Of a stretch of DNA of 64,000 nucleotides, positions 27,201-39,200 are shown one piece after another. The stretch comes from Candidatus Omnitrophota bacterium. GTDB lineage: Bacteria > Omnitrophota > Gorgyraeia > Gygaellales > Profunditerraquicolaceae. The notes under the pieces were generated by a model that was given only the letters and a program-made list of their open reading frames with translations, did no database searches and was not told the origin of the DNA. The translations under genes and the position numbers were made by a program. Numbering within the stretch: position 1 is the first letter of the stretch; each line of letters begins with the position of its first letter. The DNA is taken from NCBI GenBank assembly GCA_003598025.1, contig QZKH01000005.1:4682-68681 (forward strand), read 5' to 3'.

Positions 27201-30200
27201 AAGAGAAGCAGCACATCTTTTAAACCACCTTGTGAGATTTCATTCGTGTGAATTTCATGCTGAGTTTGGCTCTTCGCTGCTCATGGAATACGTTGATCCG
27301 TATTCTTCCATTGAAGATCATATTAAAGCCTTAAACCCGCAGGATAGGCTTAAAGAGGGCTTAAAGATTCTAGGGGAGTCTAGCAGGGTCGTTTCGTCCT
27401 TACATGGTTTTGAAGCGCCGGTTGGAGATATAGGCCTGCCTAATACTCTGGTTACCGGTTTAGACAGGAGAGGGCCTGTTAAGCTTATCGATCCTTTCCC
27501 CGCTGCAATAGAATCACCTGAACAATATAAACGGCAAGACATCTTTCAACTCATGCATATGCTTTATTGGCTGGTTACTGGCATTGTTTGGCCCAATGGT
27601 ACCTATGAGTACAGGAAAAAGGTCATGGCTGGAGAGTATGACCCTGAAGAAGGCAGAAGAATATTTTCATCCCTCCCGCTTTTAAATAACCGGGAATATG
27701 AATCACTGCATAGTATTGCTGTTAATGCCTTATCAGGGACATGGGACAAATATATAGAAGGCATTAATGCGTTAGAGGATATTGCCGCATCGTCTCCCAT
27801 AACTATAGCCAGGACGATACCGGGATGTTCTATTGCTGAAGCTCAAGCAGGCAAAGAAATGCAGGCAGCGTTAAGAATGATAGGTAGTGGTATATTTTTG
27901 CCTGTTTACTCATTGCCATCATTCTTTGGCGAACCTAAGCCGGGGCAGAGAGAATATGGTATAGGGGATTTAGGCGATGCCGCAAAAGAATTCGTTCTCT
28001 TGCTTGCCCAGGCAGGCCAGAGGTATTGGCAGATATCACCGCTTAATCCAACAGACGGGAATAATTGTTCATACCGCACGGATAGCGTTTTTGCACTTGA
28101 TTATAAGATCGTTCCTCCGGGCAGCCTTTTAAGAGATGGTTGGATAACAGAGGAGGAGCTTGATTCGGTACTCCCTAAGCTGGAGCCCGCTAACAGGATT
28201 GCTCTTCCAAGAGGACAGCTTGAATATAAACAGAAACTTTTGTCTTTTGCGTTTGAAAGATATTTAAGAGATAAATTATATAGAGAAGAATTTAATCAAT
28301 TTATGGAAGAGGAAGATTACTGGCTGCAAGATTATGTTTTATATAAGGCAATAGAAGCCGAGAATCCCGGGAGATGGGTGTCCTGGCCGGAGGAATTAAA
28401 ACAGAAAAGGGCACAGGCTACGGTAGAATTCCGTAATAAAAACAAAAATGAAGTTCTGCGTTATGGGTTCTATCAGTATCTTTTGCAAAAATATTTGGAT
28501 GAACTTGTGGATTTTGCTGAAGCGCACGGAGTATATATTATCTCCGATTTACCCGCTTATTCTATGCACGGCAGTTGCGATGTTTGGGCTAATCGCGATG
28601 TGTTTGTGCTTGATAAGAATGGCCAGAGGACATTAGTTGCCGGTGCGCCGGCTGATGCATTTAAAGGAGGAGATGGCCAGGCCTGGAACCATCCTATGTA
28701 CAGATGGGATAGTAAGCGCACGATGGATTTCTGGATTCAGAAATATAGAAGAATGAAACGCCTATATAAAAACGGTTTTGTGCGGGCAGACCACATAATA
28801 GGCCAGATTACTCCCTGGGGTTATAAATTTGGTACACCTGCAAAATACGGATGGAGAGTCAGCGGCCAGTATCTAGCAAAGGTATTTTTTGACAGGCTTA
28901 GAGAGATATTCCCTGACCTTGAGCGCTTTTTAATCGGAGAAGACCTGGGCATTATCACCGAGGAAACAAAGGAATTGATGAGCCATTACGGCTTCATGGG
29001 AATGAGGATATTCCAATTTATGCCGTTTAATAATTCTGAATCAGAAGTGGATAATGATTGGAATAATCCTGCAAATTATTCAAGAAGAAACGTTTTGTAT
29101 ATGGGTACCCATGATTTACCTCTTATCAGGCAATGGTGGAGGCATAGGTTGAGCGGAGAAGGAAGGGCGCGCCTTAATCATTTTTTCAACGACTTTGTAG
29201 ATGACGCAAATGTCGCTTCAAAGGTGGTCAGTTTTATTATGGGGCAGAACACAAATATAACCGTTCTCTCCTTGCCGGATATCATAATTGATGAAGGAGT
29301 TATGGGGTTACTTGATGGGCAGATAAATGATCCTGAAGCCAAAGATGGAAATTGGTCGTGGCGTTTGTTGCCGCAGTTATTTAATGATGTTACGAGGAAG
29401 AGTCTTTTGTCTCTGACAGAAGGGTCTTATAGAACACCGGCAAATGTAATATTCAGGCTTAATGCGCTTTCTCCGTCTTCAGCAGAGGTTATGTTAGCAG
29501 AAGAGGTGCTTAAAGGCTACGCTGACAGCGCTTCGGCCAGCAAGCTTATTGAATTATCTGCGAATGGACTGATAAGAATAGGTGATATTAAAGGAATGCT
29601 TTCTGTAATATATGAACATAACAACGGGAAAAAATTTATCATATTGTCCGATAATAAAGATAGCCAGCGTCATCTGTCTGTTGAAGAAAGGGCAGTAAGT
29701 TTAATCAGGGCTATAGAGCGATATGATGAAACAGGCAGTGTTTCTTCGCCCTTAGAGATTTCCAATGAGGATTTATTGAGCTCTGCTAAAGAAGCTGTTT
29801 TAAGATTTGAATCAAGCTTAAGAGTTTTGTCTGAAATCAGCCCTCAATATCTCCGTGAGCAGATGGTTGCTTTTATGGGCGTATTGCTTGATCCTAAAAT
29901 TAAGATTGAAATATTAGAACCTACCTTAAGAGCCCGGCTTACGAGGCTTGGGATAGAACAACAAGAGAGAGTTGCTTATAGAGAAAGTCTTTATGCACAC
30001 TGGAGAGACTTGTGGATACATTATGAGCGCGCGGGTTATTCCAGGAGAAGAATTATTAAAGGCATTATTGAGGGCGAATTCCCTGAAGCCAGGGGGTTAT
30101 TGAAAGAAATACGCTGGTTGCTACTTAGTGCTTTTGCCGAAGAGTTGAAGATATTAGAGAGTGATAGTGCAAATATTACCAATGCGGTAAATTGTTGGGT

Positions 30201-33200
30201 CGATATTTTGAGCGGCGTTGAGATTGAGAAGCTGCTTTTTGGATTTGGTTTAAACAGTTTTATGTTGGGTAGTTTGAGTGGCCAGGGCATATCCGGCTTG
30301 TTGGCCACTAAAGCCAAAGCAGAAAGAGTTGGGGTAGATACATTTTCTTATAAAGAGCGCGGAGATTTCATTAATTATGCTCAGTGGCTGACAGGTTCGG
30401 CCGGCAGAAAATCAGCTGAGCTAGACAGGATTTCTGAAATATTAAGGCATATCAATCAAATTAGTGATGCCGAGGATAGGGACGACAGATTGATGTATTT
30501 ACTTTCCGCCATGGAGGATAAGTTATTACAAAGGCTTGCAGTTATGCATGCACCGATAATCAGGGACCCGTTGTATCCTTCGTCTGTAGATATGCATCTG
30601 CATTCAGCATATTCTGACTGCGCTTCGGACTCAGTCGCGCATATGGTCTATGAAGCTTATCGCCGGGGATTAAAGACAATCGCTATCAGCGATCATCAGA
30701 GTTTTGATGGGGTGATGAAGGCGTTAGCTATCGGAGAGTTATTCGGTGTCAAGGTTATCCCAGCCGTTGAACTTTACACAGGTGTTTATAGAAACGGAAG
30801 TGTCCAGGAAAGAAGGGATATATTGGTTTATTTCCCCGATGTCGATAATTTTAAGAGTTGGTATGAAGGCGGGTTTGATGATAAAACAAGGGAGATATTC
30901 AGCGATGGATGGGATAGGCATAAGGATCAGTGTTTGTGGGGTAATGTTGACGTGCATAGGGTAGTTGCCTGGGCAAAGGAGCATGGCGGCATACCGGTTT
31001 TAGCCCATCCCGGAAAATGGCATAGAGAAGTTTATGAGACTAGCTCATGGCCATACAGGGACTTTGAAGAGTTATTTATTGATACAGGGCTTTTAGGCAT
31101 AGAAATCAGCCATCCATTTATCCCTGCAGAGAAAACTATATTTTATCTGGATATGATAAGGAAATTTAACAGACTGCACCCGGAATCGCCGCTTATTTTC
31201 ACCGTAGGGACCGATGCGCATAACACCTATAATATAGGTAAAGGAAATATGTCTTTAACTGTAGTCAATATGATTAGCCGGTATCTAAGAGATAATCCTT
31301 CTCTGGTAAATCCGTTTTTGGGGGATATAAACCAGGTTCACTCAAGCTCACCGATACTTACTGATTCAGTCAGAGCGCAAGATGTATTAAGGGCATTTAG
31401 CCTGGGGCCGGATCATGCCAGTTTAGAACTATTAAAGTTTTTTGACGGACAATTAACTAGTAGATTGACAAGAGCTGAGAGAAGGGATTTGCTTAAAGCC
31501 TGGGAAAAAATATTAGTTTCTTACCCGGAGCAAATTATTAGCACCAGAAGGCATGCTTTACGGACAGCTTTAATTGCCATCTTTATTGCCAGGCATCTTC
31601 CGTTGACAAGAGAGAGCCTTATTGACTTAGTCACTGCTGCGCTTGCTCATGATTTAGGCAAGGGTTATGATAGTGAGATGATAGAAGTGGTTAACAAAAG
31701 ACGCAGGCTTAACGAAGATGAATATGCAATCATAATCAGCCATGTGAATAAATCCTTCAAAGTTTTGGGCAGGAAGAAGATAAGAATATCGGATTCTGCC
31801 GCCAAGGCAATATCAAGGCACCATCCGCGCTATTTAGAGAAAAGAGAAAGATTCAGGGTTATTGATTGGGTCTTGCATGTAGCTGATGAGATTGATGCGC
31901 GCCAGGATATGAGCCGGCCATGGAGAATAACCAAGAGAAAACTGCGCAGCTGGAACCCCGAAATGATACTTAATAATATCTCCGGTTTGAGCCTGCCGGG
32001 TAACATTTATATGGCGGTTGCGGCTTTAGTGCTGAACAGGGATAAAGAATATATCGCAGTCATAAGCGATACTTACCGTTGGTGGCAATATCTTTTACTA
32101 AAATATTATTATCTGTCTGGGTTAAGCTGGTTAAGAAGGATCTTCGGCAGGAAAATCATCGAAATCGGGATGAAATCTGGTGAAGACGAGGAAGATGTTA
32201 GTGCTTCTTCTCCAGTTAAGGATGGGATAAGTGAGACAATGCTCATATCGGGAAAATCAAAATTAGGTAGGCTTAAGTTTCTACCATTAGATGAAGAGGA
32301 GAAAACGGATGCTTTAAGAGGTTTAAGCTTGGTATTACCGGCCGTATTTGATGGAGGGAGGCATTTTCTTAAAATATCGCTTCGCAGAGAAGTTGGCGGG
32401 CGCGAAATAAATATATTACGAGAGCTTTATAGGTATGAATCGTTAAGGAATCATCTTCCTGATCGTTTTTATTCCGGGATACTTGATAGAGAAAGCAGGA
32501 GGGTCGTTTCCCGGTTTATGGATTACAACATAGTATTACAAGCCAAAACGGGATTTATTTTATTAAGCAAGGCCAGAGGTCTTGATTTATGGGAAGACCA
32601 GGAGAATATTTATGGAAGAGATGACTTAGATGCCAGGTCTAAAGAGCAGATGGTTCTGCAGCGCTTAATAAACATCGCAATGGCATTAGGCGATTTTCAT
32701 TCAAAGGGTGTTTTCCATAGGGACTTGTCAGAAGAAGAGGTATTTATAGATCCAGCCACCGGAGGCGTAAGTTTTATTGATTTTAATATAGCCGTGACAC
32801 CGGCTATAGGCATTGAATCATTAAAAGCTTTAGGTCTTGAGCAAACGGCTAAGTATAAAAATGGTAAACTTATTGATCCGAATTGGGACAGCCAAAAAAG
32901 AGATATAGCTCAATTGGCATTAATTGCTAAATCTTACTCCTATTTATTGCCAGCTGATTCTTTAGCCCGTCAGCGATTATATAGTTTATTTGGTATCGTT
33001 GCAGAAGAAAACTTTAATATCCCCGGTTTCATTGGGTTATTGCAGGCAATTAGTCGGTCCGTTTCTCCATCTCCTCAGGGACCGTTTCTGTCACTGACCA
33101 GAGAAGTGCCCCCTGAAGCCAGTTCTCCTGTAAGTGCCCCAAGCTATAGAATGACAAAAGAAGAAATTGATGCCTATACTGCTGGTTACGGCCAAAGGTT

Positions 33201-36200
33201 AGCAGAAGTACGCAGCTTACAAAAACTTTCTAAAGAAGAATTGAGTTTTCTGCTGAAAGAGAAAATAGAACCCTGGCAGTTAACCAGGTGGGAGCATGAA
33301 GCTGCGCCACCTCCGGCATTTCTATTAGAGCCTTTAGCTGAGATGTTAGGGGTTTCGGCAGGATATATCAGGGAGGGGGAAGGTCAAATCGACCGGGAAG
33401 CGTTAGAGGAAAGAGGCAGGCGCCATTTAAGGATTAAGAAAGTAAGAGAGTTATTCGGGTTGACTCTTGCAGAAGCAAGCCGTATTGCTAAATATAGAAA
33501 TTACGCATATTTAATGCGTATTGAGGGGGGCGGTACCTTCCCGCGTTACAGCGTTCTATTGGACATGATCAATAAAATATTCGACAGAGAAGTAAGCGCC
33601 CAGTATTTGATGATCGGGACTGATGAGCCTGATTGGTCAATGGTGGGGGTTGTTGATGGCTGGGCAGATAGGATTACTAATGTAATGAAAAAACTTGGTT
33701 TCTCGCAGGATAGCATTACTCGGGAAACCGGAATTGATGAAGGAAGATTTCGCAGGATTATAAGGGGGATAACCAGGCCGGCGATAACAGAGTTAAGAGA
33801 TTGCGCAACCATTATGGGCATTACACCAACATATCTAATAAAAGGTACAGATGAGCCTGACTGGCATTACGGCAGGAGAATAAAAAGCCTGATGGATAAC
33901 TATGGATGGAGTGCTCCAAGGCTTGCGAGAAGACTTAAGGTCAGCTCAACAACGGTTTATGCCTGGATTCATGAAAAATTCCCGCCTAGCTTCGGGCAGG
34001 CAGTTATTATCGCCGGATTATTTGGAGTAAGACCGGAATATATATTAACCGGAATAAACCCTCCGGAAATAAAAGTTAAAGAAGGCTATGGTGATAGGAT
34101 TGCCAAGGCAAGAAAAAAACAGGGATATTCTCAAGCATATGTCGCCTTGTTAGCCGATATGAATCATCTTACATTCTTTAAGCTTGAAAATGAAAGTTAT
34201 GGTATGTCCGTACGAATAGGTCTACTTAAGCGAGTCGCAAAGGCATTGGGCGTAGACAGCCAATATGTTTGCCTTGATTTAAACCCTCCTGATTGGGATA
34301 AATTCGGCGTAACAAGTGGCTATGGTAAAAGGATCAGAAAGGTGAGGGAAGCGCTAAGGATGACTATGCCTGATTTAGCCGCAGAAATGGATGTTTCAGC
34401 AGAGAAGATCTTAAAATGGGAACAGGAGCGCCTTGAATGGCCTAACCATAATGTGATCGCTGAGTTTGCCCAAGCACTCTATGTGCCTGTAGAATACTTG
34501 AAAAACGGTTCCTGGAGAAGCGCATATAAGGATTTTGGTATAAGCCCAGGATGGGGGGAGAGGATCCGTTCCTATAGAGAATTAAAAGGCTTATCAGAAG
34601 ATGATTTGGCCGATAGGCTGGGAGTAGATGTTTATACAGTACAGAGATGGGAATCAGAAAAAGTTAATACCCCATACTCCAGGTTTAAAGCAATGGCAGA
34701 GATATTTGGCATACCCGTAATTCTTCTTATTCATCACACTGCCCATAAAAAGAATTTTCAGTCAGTTTCTGACAAAATATTATTACTAAAACTATACGGA
34801 ATAAGATTGAATTCCGCTCTCTTAAATACGAGCAACGATGAAATAAATGAGTATATTGATAAACAAGTCGTAGATTTATTAAATGACGGTAATGGCAGGC
34901 TCGAGAGCATGATACTTGGGCCCCTGTTTAAAGAGCCGTCAGTTGATATCTTCAGCGATCGTTCAGTGGCTTACCGTGTACTTATGCGCTCTGTCGCCGT
35001 TGATCCGGGGTTGATTCATGTGAAAATTAAAGATTTGCTTAGCGGCAGGAATGGACGGCTTTTAACCGGGAGAAAGCTTTTTTTCTTTCTTGGGCAACCA
35101 GCGGGAGAAGCTTTCTTGGCTGCTTTGAATTCACGCGGATACTCCTTGGACAGTGATTTGGATAGAATAAAATCCGAACACAAGGCATCATCGCCATTAT
35201 CGAGGGTTGCAGGGACCGCAAAATTCAGAAGAACATTGACAAAGTTGGAATTACCGGCAATCGTTGCTATTGACGGTTCAAGCAGTGTCGGTAAGACTAC
35301 CTTTTCCCGTAGTATAGAAAGAGGAGAAATAGACCTCGGCATAAATAACAGAATTTTAGTGATACACGGAGATGTGTGGGATAGCATAGCAAGAGATGCT
35401 TTATACTACAGGTTGGATTATCCGATAGCGAAACAATATAGGCCTATAGAAGAGTTATATAGAGCAGGATTGATAGATGATCGTACCCAAAGAGGGGATT
35501 TATTCCGCATGTTTTTTGATGCAGGGTATGAACAATTATTTTCCGTTCATAATATTGTTATTTTTGAAGTGGCAGGGGCAGTGAGCTTAATAAATGATGC
35601 TCTTTTGCATCATCCATTTGTATTCTTGCCCGCGAGGATTTTAACTTTTCGCATGAGCAAGGATGATAACGGGCGCAGGAGCATTGTCAAGAACGGCAGC
35701 TTTGAATCTATTGCTTACCGAAGGCTGAAGAAATACGGCCCTGCCGGGCTTGAGATATTAAAGCATAAGCGGTGTATAAGCTCGCCTTTAGATGCAGAAC
35801 CTGCGTTAAGAAAAAATAAGCATCATAGCCATGAACATAGTCTTTATCATACACATATACATACTGACCACTTGGGTAGATTGCGTTTTATCTTTGCTAT
35901 AACTTTTGGTTTTGCCTGGGTTGAGCTTTTTACAGGGATTATTTCAGGTTCGGTAGCCCTAACCGGAGATGCAGGGCATATGTTTACGGATGCGATGGGC
36001 ATAGGCGCAGCTTTGTTTGCCCATTGGGCAAATGCCTGGAGCAAGCCTCCTCCGAAAAAATACAATGGCAATACAATTTACGAAGTATCCGCAGCATTCC
36101 TAAATGGCATCACAGTACTAACAGCCTCATTTTATATCGGATACGAAGGTATCCGCAGGCTTCTGGGGCACCCGGCAGACCACCTTACCTACGAAATATT

Positions 36201-39200
36201 CATAATCGCTACATTAGGCTTATTAGTGAATACGGTTTCTGCAATAACCTTGCATTCCGGAAGAAATCATAATCTCAATTTTAGGGGAGCTTATAAACAT
36301 ATTGTCGCAGATATTGCCGGCTCTTTAGCTGCGATGATTGGAGGTCTGTTTATTTGGATTTCTGGAACATATAAAGTAGATGCCATATTGGGGATGGCGG
36401 TTGGCATCTGGATTTTTTATGGTTCTCTCGGGCTTTTAAGAGAATCTTTATCCGCAATAAGATATGTAAATAGTAAAGAGGAGGAAGAAAGTGTATCAAG
36501 CCCTGCTAACTCCGATAGCAGGTTAAGAGATGACAAGCTGAGTTCTCTCAGCAATATAATAAAAGAAGGCCGTATATTTGAAACCGACAGGATTTGGAGT
36601 AGCCTGCCTGCAACTTCCAATGATTCTATAAGGCAGGTTATGTTGCTGCAAGAAGATAGCCAGGGCGGTATTACAGTTACAGCCAGGAACGAAGATGGGC
36701 TTTTATTAGGTTATGTTGTAGGTGTTCCGGAAACAGTAAGATGGGGCGGCAGCTATGGCAGGGATAATGTTTTTTATCTTTATTCCTTATCTGTCCGCGA
36801 TGATTATTCGGGAAGAGGTATAGGGACTGCTTTATTAGGGCATATTTTAAGCCTTGCCAAAGACAAAGGGTTTTTAACAGCTACCGGAACTGTTGAGGGC
36901 AAGAACAGATTAGAGAGCGGAGCCGAACATATATTAACCGATAAATTTGGCGCCCGCCAGGTTGATTCAAAAGGCCTAAATCCTTTAGAAAGATACTGTT
37001 CATTAATGCTTGGTTTGCCGCAACAAGATGATGTTGAGTTGGAGATATCGCTTGCCAAAGACTCGCAGTGGTGGAGTTTAGTCAGTTCGCCATTAGGCAA
37101 ATTAGGAAGCAGGAGAAACCCAGTTGCTTTAACTTCGGGAAAAAGCGCCGTAGTAATTCTTCCTACTTATGAAGCAGACCATAATAAATATTTTTATAGG
37201 CCGGGGCATTCGGTTGCGATTGAGATTATCTCTCCTCTGGAAAGAGCAGGCTATAAAGTTAATACTATTGAAGTAAGTTCTTTAAATGAAGGGCTTGCGG
37301 CAATTCTAGCGCATAGTAAAGATGAGATCGATTTGTTTGTTTTGGCTATACATAGGTCTTTTGTCACCCCTGAGTTAATATATCAATTTCTAGACATTGC
37401 CAAGACAAGATTGAAGGATAAACCTACGGTAATTCTTTATGTTTGCAAAGGAGAAAAAATTGCCAAAGCCGCCAGGAGCATCCTTCATGAAAGCCGTATT
37501 TATTACGATAGAGGTAATATTAACGGGGTGGAGTTGTATTTTTCTCAGGATGGCATGGTTAATGATGTGGTCTTTAATAACACGCGTTCAAGGACGGCAT
37601 TGATTGTATTTGTAACATTGGTGCCTGTTGGCATTTTTGTCTGGGCCCTGGTTAAAGGAAGCCTGGTTTGGATGTTGTTATCAATAATAGGGGGCATTTC
37701 ATTTGCTGTGGCCTTGTGTGCCTGGGGGATGTCAGCCAGTATCAATTACGAAGCTCTGGATGCTCATATCCTTGAACACCAGCGCAAAAATGATGACCAG
37801 AGTAGCTCCCCTGTTACCGCAGCAGCTATGTTTAAAGCAGCGCAGAATTTCCCGGATTTTAGGGAAAGATTTGGATACATAGGTAATGCGTTGATTTATC
37901 TTGTTAATGAAGCCATTAAAAGAGGGTTGATTAAAAGCCAAGCGTCTACTGCACATTTTAAAGTTGCTGAGCGTTTAAAAAATGGTGTTATTGCCTGGAA
38001 TATCCCTGAGCAAGAGATAAGCAGGATTCTTTTTGAGAAAGATTATTTTAATCCTAACTATATAATCAGCCAGATCGTACTTCATGAGTCGCAACCAACA
38101 GAAGCGCAGGGGCTGCAAGCCCAGATAGATACTTTTATCAGTCAGCTGTCCATGGTAGAGCCGGTTAATAGGTTAAGAGGAGTGATAGCGAAAGTTAAGG
38201 CTATTGTATTTGGAGACGGGCATGCTAAATTGCAGGGATTTCGTAATGCCCTTGAGAGAATAAGGTATATTAAAAAAGGCGATTCCTGGCAAGGCGATTC
38301 CTGGCAAGGCGATTCCTGGCAAGATGATTCCTGCTTGGGTGAAAGAACACTTATCCAACTCGGAGATGTTATCTGGGGTGGGATTGGAGAAGAAGCTATC
38401 CAGATAGATTTTTACCATTACCTTAAATCTCTGTCTAATCAGGCACAAAATACTGGGGGTAAGGTGGTAAGAATTCTAGGAAACCACGAGTATGATTTAT
38501 ACGTAGCATATACTAGGGGAGAGGTAAAAGCCCCGGAATTTATTGGTCTTGCCAGAGAAGTAGAGGAAGATATTTTATCAGGGCAAGCTTTGCTGGCAAG
38601 CGAATGTAACGGAAGAATTTTTGTTCATGGCGGAGTATTACCTTATGTGTTAGTGGAGGCTTTTAGGCAAATGAATCCGCATCTTTTGAATCCAGAGATA
38701 GAGTTGAATGAGGCTGCTGAGTATATAGTTAGTAATTTAAGTCAGCATACGGCAAAAAGCATCGCTAAAAAACTGAATGAACTATTGCGTATAAGTGTTG
38801 AGAAGAGAAAACCGAATGCATTGGTGGGATTAGTATTACGTACTCCTTTTGATAACCTCGCTTCAGTGAGTGAAAAATTTCTCATTCCTCAGGTAGTAGG
38901 CCATATCCATCTTAAATCTATAAAACAGAGCCCAGGTGGCAAAGTCATCGATGTGGCTTTATCGGAGACAGATAATTTCTTCGGCCGGTCATATGAGGCG
39001 ATTGGATTTGATGGAGCGGATTGGGGGGTTGTTTCGTTAAACTCTATAAGAGAAGAAAACAGTGTGTTAGTCAGCTCTCCAGTTTATTCAGGAGATCTAG
39101 ATAGCTCTACCTTATCTTTACGTGCCATGGGTGTAACGGCGCTTATTTGGGCTATGGGCCAATTTTTATTTAATACCAAATACGGGATAATGAAAATGCC

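Noticed and set aside
38278-38336. CRISPR array
   Set aside because: The only short direct repeat is a 15-bp in-frame tandem repeat with no spacers. No repeat-spacer architecture appears anywhere in the window.
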